64,000 bases of DNA from an uncultured Candidatus Saccharibacteria bacterium (GTDB lineage Bacteria > Patescibacteriota > Minisyncoccia > Phycocordibacterales > DATDWN01), in NCBI GenBank assembly GCA_964608465.1, contig CAZSNI010000001.1:16215-80214 (forward strand), given 5' to 3'. Position 1 is the stretch's first letter. Each line of letters begins with the position of its first letter. Made by a program: the position numbers and the translations under genes. A model generated the notes under the pieces. The model saw nothing but the letters and a program-made list of their open reading frames with translations, ran no database searches and had not been told where the DNA came from. Below are positions 47,253-56,590 of this stretch, in pieces.

Positions 47253-47679
47253 TATTAAAATTAAAATGGTTTACCGCCACTTCCTCTCCTCCAATTTTTC
47301 TATAAAACTCAACTGCTCCAACATCTTCTGACTCTGCTTCAACAAAAATAGTTTTTACCCCTCTACTTTTTGCCTCCTCTTTTAATTGTTCAATAAGTTC
47401 TTTCCCAATTCCTTTTTGCTGATTCTCTGGATGAACTGCAATGTCATAGATGTAAAACTCTTTTGCTCCATGTATCGGCGACATTTCCATCGCCACTAAA
47501 CCACCGACGATTTTTTCTTCTTGTTCAGCACCGAGCACTAGAGTTGTGCCACTTTCTAACATTTTTGAAAGATACTCGTCAGTCACTTCGTATTCTGTTT
47601 CAAAAGCTACAGAAAAGACTGAGATGAGTTTGCGTAACTGTTCAACACTATTTATTTTCACTATTGAAATGTTACTCAT
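47245..47679 (-). CDS. GNAT family N-acetyltransferase
   Basis: Q.KGIG..L acetyl-CoA-binding motif (HPENQQKGIGKELI). Confidence 0.8.
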   Translation of the reverse strand: MSNISIVKINSVEQLRKLISVFSVAFETEYEVTDEYLSKMLESGTTLVLGAEQEEKIVGGLVAMEMSPIHGAKEFYIYDIAVHPENQQKGIGKELIEQLKEEAKSRGVKTIFVEAESEDVGAVEFYRKIGGEEVAVNHFNFNIV

Positions 47680-47706
47680 ATAAATATTATACCAAAGTAT
47701 ACGTGA

Positions 47707-47735
47707 CAGCCCCGCGCACGTGTGTGGCGGGGCTG
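47707..47735 (-). terminator. GC hairpin terminator of cassette F, gene 1
   Basis: cagccccgcgcacgtgtgtggcggggctg. Confidence 0.5.
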
Positions 47736-47753
47736 AGTGATGGTCGGACTTGG

Positions 47754-47981
47754 CTATGCGAGCCGGGGACTGATCATGTCGAAGTGCAGGCAGGCGACTT
47801 TTCTGTCACCGCCGACATACACGTAGACATAACGCCCAATGCGCCGCGTAGCAACTCCGTTCTTTGTTCGGCGCATGAGAACTTGCGAGAGATGGTCTAG
47901 CGAGTCCTGCGGTATCTTTGCGGACCACAGACCAATGAAGTTCATATCCGGAACTGTCTGAACCGAAGCTGGCTCCTGCAT
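47754..47981 (-). CDS. hypothetical 75-aa protein in GC-rich cassette F
   Basis: AGAAAGGA SD 5 nt before the ATG. About 57% GC. Confidence 0.45.
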   Translation of the reverse strand: MQEPASVQTVPDMNFIGLWSAKIPQDSLDHLSQVLMRRTKNGVATRRIGRYVYVYVGGDRKVACLHFDMISPRLA

Positions 47982-48046
47982 GCTTGTCCTTTCTTATTTG
48001 TACGGTTTCGTTTTTCAGTCTACAAAAAAGTTAAGAGGCTGTCTAT

Positions 48047-48085
48047 TAAAATGCGAAACGGCTCCACGTATGCGTACGTGGAGCC
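48047..48085 (-). terminator. perfect 11-bp-stem hairpin terminator of cassette F, gene 2
   Basis: ggctccacgta tgcg tacgtggagcc, then T-rich on the minus strand. Confidence 0.6.
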
Positions 48086-48104
48086 GAGTCGAGCGTTTGC
48101 TCGA

Positions 48105-48386
48105 TTAGTTGTTTTCGGTCGCGCGGTAGATTGAGATACCTTCGCTTTCGTGATCGGGGAGAAATTCGACGATCAAATCCATCACGAACTCGACTTCGCC
48201 GGTTGTGAGGATGGTCGGGTACTTGTTGACGTACTGCCAGTCGACTGACTCGCCACTGATCGCACACACTGCCTGTACGAACCTTTCGACATCCTCCGTG
48301 AGTGCATCTCGGAGCTGGCAGACGATCACACCTTCCCTGTCGATATCGGGATCACACGCCTGCACTTCCATGTCCGCAACGGCCAT
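48105..48386 (-). CDS. hypothetical acidic 93-aa protein in GC-rich cassette F
   Basis: AAAGGA SD. Natural-looking composition. About 55% GC. Confidence 0.5.
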   Translation of the reverse strand: MAVADMEVQACDPDIDREGVIVCQLRDALTEDVERFVQAVCAISGESVDWQYVNKYPTILTTGEVEFVMDLIVEFLPDHESEGISIYRATENN

Positions 48387-48463
48387 TTTACTATCCTTTC
48401 AGGGATAATATTCCCGATGAGAGTCTACAATAGAACGCACACCTTGTCTATTGAGAATTTAAC

Positions 48464-48970
48464 CTAGAGATTATTTTTTAAAGTGGTAGCTCTTTCAATA
48501 ATCTTTTCACCGATAACTCCCCAATCAAAATATTTTTTATGATCTTTTGGATTTATTAATTTCATTTCAGTTATAGTTCCAGCTGGATCAGAAACAAATG
48601 TCCCATATGGTCGGGCGGTGCAAGCATAGCGCAACTGATAAATATAAGAACTGTCACGAGTATCTATACATTTTTGGTATCCTACAGGTGCAAAATTCAG
48701 AACTTCCATATTTGATTCTTCTTTTATTTCTCTCTTAAGAGTTTGTTCAAATGTTTCACCTTTTTCAATACTGCCACCAACAAGGCCCCAAGTATTTTTA
48801 TTTCCATGATATACAATAACTATCTCCTCTCCATAAAAACACGCAGCATAAGTTTGTCTGCATAAGTCGTAGTCTAAATGTTCAAATGAATCAGTCTCAA
48901 AGTATTCAAAAATATATTTAACTCCAGAATGTCCGATATATTCATTTGTGGCAAGTGGTTTTAATTCCAT
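48464..48970 (-). CDS. NUDIX hydrolase (AT-rich copy)
   Basis: Nudix box GGSIEKGETFEQTLKREIKEESN. Confidence 0.8.
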   Translation of the reverse strand: MELKPLATNEYIGHSGVKYIFEYFETDSFEHLDYDLCRQTYAACFYGEEIVIVYHGNKNTWGLVGGSIEKGETFEQTLKREIKEESNMEVLNFAPVGYQKCIDTRDSSYIYQLRYACTARPYGTFVSDPAGTITEMKLINPKDHKKYFDWGVIGEKIIERATTLKNNL

Positions 48971-49033
48971 AATAAAATTATAACAAATTATTCTTTCTGC
49001 GGATGGTACAGGACTTAAACCTTATAAACAAAG

Positions 49034-49120
49034 CGGAGAGTAGGAGATTTGAACTCCTGAGGGAATTTCTTCCCTACCCGCTTTCCAAGCGAGCGCACTA
49101 GACCGCTATGCGAACTCTCC
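49034..49120 (-). tRNA. tRNA-Ser (anticodon GGA), long variable arm, CCA not encoded
   Basis: GGAGAGTTCGCATAGCGGTCTAGTGCGCTCGCTTGGAAAGCGGGTAGGGAAGAAATTCCCTCAGGAGTTCAAATCTCCTACTCTCCG. All four stems pair. Confidence 0.8.
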
Positions 49121-49237
49121 GCTTTATTTATAAACTTTCCAACGTAGGTCACGAATAATTTTTTGCTAAAAATTTTCTTGACCACACCTCGCACCGACGT
49201 GCTCCGGTTTTGAAATGTCCCTAACCCACATTTCAAC

Positions 49238-49262
49238 ACCAGACCGCTATGCGAACCATCCA
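49238..49262 (-). repeat. duplicate of the tRNA-Ser 5' half (acceptor 5' strand plus D-arm), 22/25 identical
   Basis: Minus strand GGATGGTTCGCATAGCGGTCTGGTG versus the tRNA GGAGAGTTCGCATAGCGGTCTAGTG. Followed by an unrelated 9-bp-stem hairpin. Confidence 0.7.
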
Positions 49263-49278
49263 AAATAATATTCTATAT

Positions 49279-49313
49279 TAAAAACGAGGAGGTGACGAAC
49301 GTGTCACCTCCTC
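49279..49313 (-). terminator. 11-bp-stem hairpin terminator of the GC-rich NUDIX gene
   Basis: gaggaggtgac gaacg tgtcacctcctc, then TTTT on the minus strand. Confidence 0.7.
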
Positions 49314-49840
49314 TACTCATCCGCCGCACAAACGACAACTACGTCCGAGAGCAGACGATAGTTGTGGTCCTGCTCGACCCAGGCGTGCATGTTGCGACCG
49401 TGGAGGAACTGCGGGAGCCAGAACTTGTCTCCCGGCAAAAGGTTCAGTCGTGGAATGCTGTGTACGCGATGGAAACCAGGACTACGCATTTCCTCTGTTG
49501 AACGGATCTCCCCGTACCAGAACTGTGTGACGTAAACATACACGTCGCAATTGACCACACGGCCGTCTTCTTTGTGGTTTGCGAAATGCACCACACCAAC
49601 ACAGTTGAACACATCCTGCTCGACTGCTTCGTCGGGAATAGTTGCGCCTCCAGTTTCTTCCTTGAACTCGCGCATGGCACACTCGTGGATTGACTCACCA
49701 GGCTCTACTCCACCTCCCCACCCGTTGAGATACCCCACCCCGATGCCACGCATTTTCGTTGCGAGCATCAGGTTGTTACCACGACGCGGAAACACGAGAG
49801 TCGCTACAAGCGGTGGATCACCATTTGCCTGCATAGGCAC
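49313..49840 (-). CDS. NUDIX hydrolase (GC-rich copy, cassette G)
   Basis: Nudix box GGGVEPGESIHECAMREFKEETGG. About 55% GC. Confidence 0.75.
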   Translation of the reverse strand: MPMQANGDPPLVATLVFPRRGNNLMLATKMRGIGVGYLNGWGGGVEPGESIHECAMREFKEETGGATIPDEAVEQDVFNCVGVVHFANHKEDGRVVNCDVYVYVTQFWYGEIRSTEEMRSPGFHRVHSIPRLNLLPGDKFWLPQFLHGRNMHAWVEQDHNYRLLSDVVVVCAADE

Positions 49841-49890
49841 CCTTTCCTTTCTTTTGAAAATACTATACTTATTTACAACTTTTTCAAGAA

Positions 49891-50250
49891 CTATTTAGTA
49901 TTTAAATTTTCTCTAACGTTCTTAATATTTCTAATGTTTAATCTAAAAAAATAAATTAAAACTAAACTGTACAGACTAAAAAATAAGCCTTTATACCCAA
50001 ACCCTAATAAGCTAGAAATTAAATAGATCCAGGCAATTACCCATAAACAAATATTTAAAAAAATCATTAAACGATACATCCACCTCCATTCAAATAAAAC
50101 TCCTAGTATAATAGGCAAAATTAAAATAAAAATTGCAATAACTGTGGAAAAATATATTGAATCTAAATTAGTATCACTAATTAAAAATAATATAAATGGT
50201 GAAAGTACTGCTATAGTGGTCCAATATTTTGAATTTTTATCTTTAATCAT
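49891..50250 (-). CDS. hypothetical 4-TM membrane protein
   Basis: 119 aa, very AT-rich, hydrophobic. Confidence 0.35.
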   Translation of the reverse strand: MIKDKNSKYWTTIAVLSPFILFLISDTNLDSIYFSTVIAIFILILPIILGVLFEWRWMYRLMIFLNICLWVIAWIYLISSLLGFGYKGLFFSLYSLVLIYFFRLNIRNIKNVRENLNTK

Positions 50251-50280
50251 AGTATTTATTTAATAAATATTCTAATCTAA

Positions 50281-50700
50281 CTAGTCAATTAAGTCACTGA
50301 GATCCGGAGAAAAATATTTTGGACCTTTTAAAACTTTGCCATCTTCTCTAAAAATAGGTTTTCCATCCTCACCCAGCTTACTCATATTTGACTCACAAAC
50401 TCGCACAAAAGCTTCACCCAACTTTGCTAGGGGTTTTAGCGCTACAGATGTTCCTGAAAGCACAAGCTGAACGTCAGCCATTTCTTTGAGAATATTTAGA
50501 TACAACTCCTGTGGAACTTCTTCTCCTTTTTCCAAGTGTAGAATCGCTTCGTCTATGTCAGAAAAAAGTTCTTTTACTTCTTCACCAATTAAAGTCTTTC
50601 TGAGTTGCAAAATTTTCACTGTAGGGTCTTCGTTCACATCCAAACCAAAAGCTTCATGAAATTCTTTTATATATTCTTCTCGAGTTTTATTTTCTTTCAT
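50281..50700 (-). CDS. MazG-like nucleotide pyrophosphohydrolase-family protein
   Basis: ...EVKELFSDIDEA...VCESNMSKLGEDGKPIFREDGKVLKGPKYFSPDL pattern. Confidence 0.55.
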   Translation of the reverse strand: MKENKTREEYIKEFHEAFGLDVNEDPTVKILQLRKTLIGEEVKELFSDIDEAILHLEKGEEVPQELYLNILKEMADVQLVLSGTSVALKPLAKLGEAFVRVCESNMSKLGEDGKPIFREDGKVLKGPKYFSPDLSDLID

Positions 50701-50701
50701 T

Positions 50702-51304
50702 TTATTTTATTTCTGAATAAGTAGTAACTTTATTCCTCCCTGTTTCTTTTGCACTGTATAAGGCCTCATCCGCATGTCTTACCATATCTTCAAAGGTTTT
50801 ACCCTCTTCAAACTCTGCTACACCAATACTGATGGTGATTTTAAGTTCGCTTGGATTTTCAAAAACCATTTGCTCTACCTCGCCACGGATCTGCTCTGCC
50901 TTCTTTTTCGCCTGCTCTTCGTTAGCACCAAGCAAAATCGCCACAAACTCCTCACCGCCCCATCTTGCAACTATGTCGCCAACTCGCAGATCTTTTTTAA
51001 GAGTGTCTGCAACTTTTTGCAAAACCGAGTCTCCCACTGAATGACCATATGTATCGTTTATTTTTTTGAAATGATCTATATCAAAAAATAGAAAAGAAAT
51101 ATCGTTGAAACCAGCCCACTCTCTTCTGTGGTTTTCTTTTATTTTTTGTGTGTTACCTAAATAACCTTTTGATTTCTCTTCAAAGTATCCTCTGTTTTTT
51201 AGAGATGTTAGTTTGTCATGCGACAAATTGTGTTCGAGTTCTCGAACTTTCTCCTCTAATTCTAGAGCTTTCTTTAGTAATTCTTCGTGTGTTAAATCTT
51301 TCAT
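50702..51304 (-). CDS. GGDEF-domain diguanylate cyclase with N-terminal coiled coil
   Basis: ARWGGEEFVAILLG (GGEEF) and DIDHFKKINDTYGH. Confidence 0.8.
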   Translation of the reverse strand: MKDLTHEELLKKALELEEKVRELEHNLSHDKLTSLKNRGYFEEKSKGYLGNTQKIKENHRREWAGFNDISFLFFDIDHFKKINDTYGHSVGDSVLQKVADTLKKDLRVGDIVARWGGEEFVAILLGANEEQAKKKAEQIRGEVEQMVFENPSELKITISIGVAEFEEGKTFEDMVRHADEALYSAKETGRNKVTTYSEIK

Positions 51305-51486
51305 ACTAGGATTCTAACATATGTGCAGAGTGTGAATGGTCAGACCCTTGCACACCCTATAGAAACTTTCATAATTTGGATGAGATACGATGTTGAGTAA
51401 TTGAAAATACGAGAAGCCTTACAAGTAGTAAGGTGACGAGAATTTTTAATTACAAAACAAGTAGATCGCCAAATTTGGAAGTTTCA

Positions 51487-52365
51487 CTACCAAGATCCAG
51501 ACGATCCTCCTCCTCCGGAACTACCCCCACCAAATCCACCAAACCCTCCCCCTCCGGAGCCACCTCTTCCTCCACCACTCATCCACCAAGGGTTCACGCC
51601 GTTTGCGCGTGCATTTGTGTATGACTTTGAAACAAGATAGTCAAACAACAGCCCAAGAAGCACGAGAACAATGACCATTGGAACAGCGATGATAAATGAG
51701 GCGACAAAAAAGTTCCACAAAATAATTCCGAGTACGCCCCCAACAACTCCTCCTCCCCACCATGATTTTGATCTAGAAAGTAGTGACAGAATTATTTGGA
51801 AGAAGATAATAAATATCCAAAAAATAAATTCAAAGTTAAAACCCGAACTACTTTTTTCTGAATAGTTTTCTGGAACAATATTGTTTCCACCAAGCGCCTC
51901 TATCATTTTATCCACCGCCCCGTTTATTCCCAAGTTATAGTCCCCCACTCGAAACGCCGGAGTGACAATGTCTCTCTGTATATATGAAGTACCAATATCA
52001 GTAAGATCCCCCTCGACACCATAGCCAGTGTGAATACGAGTTTTTCGGTCAGTCAGAGAAACAAGAAAAAGCACCCCGTTGTTTTTGTCTGCTTTTCCTA
52101 TGCCCCATTTTGTAAAAATTTCTTGTGCAACGTTTTCTACCGTATCTCCATCTAGTGAGTTTATGGTCACAACCGCGATTTCATTTGTGCTGTTTTTCTC
52201 AAAGCTCTGAAGTTTATTCTCCAATGCAGTTACCTGCTCTGCCGTAAGTATTCCAGCGTAGTCCTGTACAAAACCAGTCGGCTTTTCTGGCACAGTAAAA
52301 GCAAAAGTAACAATTGGAATAACAAAAGCAAATATGGTTAGAAATATTTTTGAAGAAAAACGCAT
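51487..52365 (-). CDS. TPM-domain (TLP18.3/Psb32-type) phosphatase with TM region and Gly-rich tail
   Basis: YAGILTAEQV...NEIAVVTINSLDGD...GVLFLVSLTDRKTRIHTGYG. C-terminal GGGSGGGG repeats. Confidence 0.75.
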   Translation of the reverse strand: MRFSSKIFLTIFAFVIPIVTFAFTVPEKPTGFVQDYAGILTAEQVTALENKLQSFEKNSTNEIAVVTINSLDGDTVENVAQEIFTKWGIGKADKNNGVLFLVSLTDRKTRIHTGYGVEGDLTDIGTSYIQRDIVTPAFRVGDYNLGINGAVDKMIEALGGNNIVPENYSEKSSSGFNFEFIFWIFIIFFQIILSLLSRSKSWWGGGVVGGVLGIILWNFFVASFIIAVPMVIVLVLLGLLFDYLVSKSYTNARANGVNPWWMSGGGRGGSGGGGFGGFGGGSSGGGGSSGSW

Positions 52366-52378
52366 AGTTTTTTCTGTT

Positions 52379-53218
52379 TTAAAGTACAGGAGACTCTGCA
52401 GTCACACTTTTCAAGTTAACCCAAACTACTACAAGAAGAATAAGTGTCGGCACTAGCATAGGCATTGGCATTCCCAAAAAGAAGAACAGAACTGACAGAA
52501 GTGTTGGCAAAGTAACAGCGTACATAGAAACACTGTATGACTTTTTGTAACTTAGGTTTACTTTTTTCAATTTTGAAAGAAGCATAACTAGCAGTGCTGC
52601 AACAAGTAGATAAACTAATTTGAACATGTATGCAACAAGAACTCCCACCAAGATAAGTAGTGGTACCGCGCCAGAAAGCACTCTTGAAATTGAATCTGTT
52701 TTTAAGAACCATCTTGTTAAGTTTTCATAGTTCACAGTAAAGTCTGGAATATCTTTAAGTGGAGTAATATTTACTCTGCCATCACTACCCTCCACAACAA
52801 AACTATCTTTAGTTAAAAGTATAATTGTTTTATAACTTCTGAATTTTTCTAAGTTAAAATCATTTTTGGTGTCGATAACCAAAACATTATCAAAATCCTC
52901 TACTTCTTTATCCATCGCTTTCAGATTTGCAGGAGCAGGTACAAAGTAAGGTTCTGTAGCGTTTGTTGAAGCGATACCACCTTGAATTTTAACTTCTAGA
53001 TCTTTCGGGTAGTTCTGCTCTATTTTATTTCTTGCATCAACTAGAAATTCCTTTATGTTTGGAACTACCATAAAAGAACTAGTTAGTGAAAAAACCAAAG
53101 CCAAAACTAAAGAAAGTTTCAGAAAATATTTGAATGGGCCTTTTTCTCTGCCTTCCACTACATCAGAATAAAACGCAGGATTATATACACTAGATTTAAT
53201 TTTGTTTAAAAAACTCAT
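52379..53218 (-). CDS. hypothetical polytopic membrane protein
   Basis: 279 aa. Lies between the TPM and LemA genes. Confidence 0.45.
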   Translation of the reverse strand: MSFLNKIKSSVYNPAFYSDVVEGREKGPFKYFLKLSLVLALVFSLTSSFMVVPNIKEFLVDARNKIEQNYPKDLEVKIQGGIASTNATEPYFVPAPANLKAMDKEVEDFDNVLVIDTKNDFNLEKFRSYKTIILLTKDSFVVEGSDGRVNITPLKDIPDFTVNYENLTRWFLKTDSISRVLSGAVPLLILVGVLVAYMFKLVYLLVAALLVMLLSKLKKVNLSYKKSYSVSMYAVTLPTLLSVLFFFLGMPMPMLVPTLILLVVVWVNLKSVTAESPVL

Positions 53219-53239
53219 TATATTGCACCTAAAGGTGAG

Positions 53240-53833
53240 TTAGTTAGTAAAATCTACTACAGGGTTAACTTGTGCTGCATCAGAAACCTCAAAGTATGCT
53301 CTCTCGTCTACTCCAAAAATCATAGCGACAAGAGATGATGGGAATACTTTTACACTTGTGTTAAAAACTTTTACCAAGTCATTGTATTTCATTCTTTCAA
53401 CTGAAATTCTGTTTTCTGTTCCTTCTAGAGAAACGATAAGATCTCTGTAAGCTTGAGAAGACTGAAGTGTAGGGTAAGCCTCTGCGATAACAAGTAGTCT
53501 TCCTAGAGCACCTTCTACTTGTGATGCTGCCTGAGCTTTTTGGTCTGGAGTTGTTGCACCAGAGTATTTTGTTCTAGCATCAGCAATAGCAGTGAAAACT
53601 GCTGTTTCCTGAGCTGCTACTCCTTTTACTGTGTTTACAATGTTTGGGATAAGGTCGAAGCGTCTTTGGTACTGGTTTTCTACTTGTGACCACTGTGCTG
53701 TGATAGATTCGTTACTTTTTACAAAGCCGTTTTTAATACCAACAGCCCAGAAAGCTAAAACTACCAAAACCGCCAAAACTACTAGCCATTTCATGTTTCT
53801 CTGTAAAAATCCTTTTTCTTGTGTTTGTTCCAT
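53240..53833 (-). CDS. LemA family protein
   Basis: N-terminal TM plus the LemA signature (NQYQRRFDLIPNIVNTVKG...). Confidence 0.8.
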   Translation of the reverse strand: MEQTQEKGFLQRNMKWLVVLAVLVVLAFWAVGIKNGFVKSNESITAQWSQVENQYQRRFDLIPNIVNTVKGVAAQETAVFTAIADARTKYSGATTPDQKAQAASQVEGALGRLLVIAEAYPTLQSSQAYRDLIVSLEGTENRISVERMKYNDLVKVFNTSVKVFPSSLVAMIFGVDERAYFEVSDAAQVNPVVDFTN

Positions 53834-53952
53834 ATTTATAAGTTTATTTGTTAAGTTTTAATCCCTGGCATTATACCATATTTCCCCCAAAGGAAAATCC
53901 GTCACCACCATGGAGACGAATCCCCTTGTGTGACGGACGCTTTGAGTCAGAA

Positions 53953-54288
53953 CTACCAGAACTCGAGAGGGCCTCCAAAATTCCTTCGTAGGACCCTTTT
54001 TAGTTTGACTCTTTCTGAATCTGACAGCAGTTTTACTTTAACTGCCATAACCCCCTTACTGGACCCTCTGAGCTGGTACTCTTTGCCGACCACTATGCCG
54101 GCGACGACTACAAAACTCCTCCGCCCGACCGAGACATGATGACCGACGATCGTTCCGTACTTGCGAGACTTGTATCGGTAAGTAAGACCGTGGGTCTCGG
54201 GCACATCAATCCAGTCTGAAGTGACTTCATCCCGGATAATGTACTCATCAAATCTCACCTGGGGCCTCTTTGGAATGGTTCTGGGCAC
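53953..54288 (-). CDS. hypothetical 111-aa protein in GC-elevated cassette H (GTG start)
   Basis: GGAGG SD, 8 nt, then GTG. VPRTIPKRPQVRFDEYIIRDEV... About 48% GC. Confidence 0.4.
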   Translation of the reverse strand: MPRTIPKRPQVRFDEYIIRDEVTSDWIDVPETHGLTYRYKSRKYGTIVGHHVSVGRRSFVVVAGIVVGKEYQLRGSSKGVMAVKVKLLSDSERVKLKRVLRRNFGGPLEFW

Positions 54289-54401
54289 TTTTATCACCTC
54301 CTTCCAAAAACAAAATAACACCGAATTACTTGTTCGTCAATTAACACAGGATGACAAGACCGGTTGCATTATTTCACAAATCTAGTACTATAGTATTCAT
54401 T

Positions 54402-54641
54402 ATGAGTATTGTTCAGAGTTTCCCGCAGTTAATACCGATAGTCCAGATAGTGCTATCTATACTACTTATAGGAGGAATCCTACTACAACAATCAGAATCT
54501 GGTTTGGGTAGTGCAATGGGTGGAGGAGATGGTTTTTCATCTGGTCATCATACAAAAAGAGGAGCTGAGAAGTTCATCTTTGTTTCTACTATAGTTGTTG
54601 CGGTACTATTCGTAGCCGTATCGTTCAGCCTCTTATTCTAA
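54402..54641 (+). CDS. secG: preprotein translocase subunit SecG-like
   Basis: Two TM helices with a Gly-rich loop (LLQQSESGLGSAMGGGDGF). About 79 aa. The longer ORF begins at 54351. Confidence 0.6.
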   Translation: MSIVQSFPQLIPIVQIVLSILLIGGILLQQSESGLGSAMGGGDGFSSGHHTKRGAEKFIFVSTIVVAVLFVAVSFSLLF

Positions 54642-54820
54642 TAAATTTTCCAAATCTAGCGCACTTCTTTGTCGCTTCAATTTTTTACTCCCGCACTGTA
54701 CTAAATGTACAGCTTGGTCCTAAAAAATCTTGCTTCTCGAATTGCATCTAGATTTTAAAAATTCTTATTTATCTGAGTTGGCTAGTAGAAATACTCTAAT
54801 TTATCATTAAATAATCAATT

Positions 54821-56569
54821 GTGAACAGAGAAAAATTTCAAGAACTATTACACAAAGAGTGGAATATTGGGGTTTTAGAAAAAATAATGAACGTAGTTAG
54901 GTCTTTCTCACTAACAGAGAAAACCTTATTCGTTATATTTTCTATCATTTTTATAGGAAGCGGTCTGTCTATGCTTTATAAAGTTAACAGGTCTTTTCTT
55001 GTAGAAGTTCCTGACTACGGTGGATCTCTAACAGAAGGAGTGGTTGGCGCACCAAGATTTATCAACCCTCTTTTGGCAACTAGTGACACTGACAGAGACT
55101 TAACTACACTTATTTACTCTGGACTAATGAAAATCGACGATCAGGGAAAACTTATTCCAGACATAGCAGAGAGCTATACAGTCTCTGATGACGAACTAAA
55201 TTATGTTTTTACTATCAAAGATAATGTGTACTTTCATGATGGAGAAAAACTTACAGTAGACGATGTAATTTACACAATTGAAAAAGCCCAAGACCCAGAA
55301 CTTAAAAGCCCACGCGAGGCAAACTGGGTAGGTGTTAAAGTTGAAAGAATAGACGATAAAACTATAGCTTTCAATTTGAAACAAGCTTACGCACCTTTTT
55401 TACAAAACACTACGCTGGGTATTCTTCCTAGACACATTTGGAAAGATGCTAGTCTAGAAGAGTTCCCTTTTAGTCAGTACAATATAAAACCTGTCGGGAC
55501 TGGACCGTACAAAATAGAATCGATTGCTTACAACGACAGTGGACTTCCAAAAGAATACCACCTACAGTCTTTCAATAAATATGCTCTTGGAAAACCATTT
55601 ATAACAAACATAAACATCAAATCGTATTCAAACGAGAATGAAGTTATCAGCGCATACAAAAATGGTGATATAGAAAGTTTGCACAGCATCTCGCCAAAAC
55701 AACTTCCAAATCTAAAAATAGAGAAAGACGAGATCTTACTTTCACCGCTACCAAGAATATTCGGACTATTTTTCAACCAAAACGTAGCAGGAGTTTTTGT
55801 TTATAAAGAAGTTAGACAGGCACTAGATATGGCGGCAGACAAAGACGCCATCATAGAAGAAGTTCTGGACGGATATGGAAAATCTATAAATAGCCCTGTT
55901 CCAACAAAAGACATAGAAACGAAAGTTGCAGTAGAAGATATCGCGTTAAGAGTTGAGAAGGCAAAAGAGCTTCTAACAAAAAATGGATGGAAACAAAACG
56001 CTGGAGGAATTTTTGAAAAGAAAGAAACAAAAGGAACTACACGACTTTCATTTTCGATTTCTACAGGAAATGCCCCAGAGTTAAAAGAAGCGGCCTATCT
56101 TTTACAGAAACAATGGCAACTTATCGGAGCAGATGTTGAGGTTAAAATATTTGAAATTGGAGACTTAAACCAAAATATAATTAAACCAAGAAAGTATGAC
56201 GCCCTGTTGTTTGGAGTAATAGTCGGCAGAGATATGGATATATACCCTTTCTGGCATTCATCTGGAAGAGTTAGCCCAGGACTCAACATTGCAATGTATG
56301 CAAACGTAAAAGCAGATAGACTACTAGAGAACATAAGAAAGACGAGTGACGAAGCGGAGAAACAGACATACATAGACAGTTTCAATGCTGAAATTAAAAA
56401 TGATATGCCTGCCGTGTTTACATACTCACCTTATTTCATCTATATAGTCCCGAAAAAAGTTCAGAATGTTAACCTTGGACTACTTACCAATCCAGGTGAA
56501 AGGTTTGTGGATGTAAACAAGTGGTATATAGAAACAAATGATGTTTGGGAAATATTTAAAAAAAATTAA
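54821..56569 (+). CDS. ABC transporter substrate-binding protein, family 5 (peptide/nickel type)
   Basis: N-terminal TM anchor. SBP_bac_5 architecture. 582 aa. Confidence 0.8.
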   Translation: MNREKFQELLHKEWNIGVLEKIMNVVRSFSLTEKTLFVIFSIIFIGSGLSMLYKVNRSFLVEVPDYGGSLTEGVVGAPRFINPLLATSDTDRDLTTLIYSGLMKIDDQGKLIPDIAESYTVSDDELNYVFTIKDNVYFHDGEKLTVDDVIYTIEKAQDPELKSPREANWVGVKVERIDDKTIAFNLKQAYAPFLQNTTLGILPRHIWKDASLEEFPFSQYNIKPVGTGPYKIESIAYNDSGLPKEYHLQSFNKYALGKPFITNINIKSYSNENEVISAYKNGDIESLHSISPKQLPNLKIEKDEILLSPLPRIFGLFFNQNVAGVFVYKEVRQALDMAADKDAIIEEVLDGYGKSINSPVPTKDIETKVAVEDIALRVEKAKELLTKNGWKQNAGGIFEKKETKGTTRLSFSISTGNAPELKEAAYLLQKQWQLIGADVEVKIFEIGDLNQNIIKPRKYDALLFGVIVGRDMDIYPFWHSSGRVSPGLNIAMYANVKADRLLENIRKTSDEAEKQTYIDSFNAEIKNDMPAVFTYSPYFIYIVPKKVQNVNLGLLTNPGERFVDVNKWYIETNDVWEIFKKN

Positions 56570-56590
56570 TAATAAATAACAGTAAAGAAA

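Noticed and set aside
49015-49263. 82-aa ORF overlapping tRNA-Ser.
   Set aside because: The region folds into a complete tRNA-Ser cloverleaf, so the ORF is incidental.
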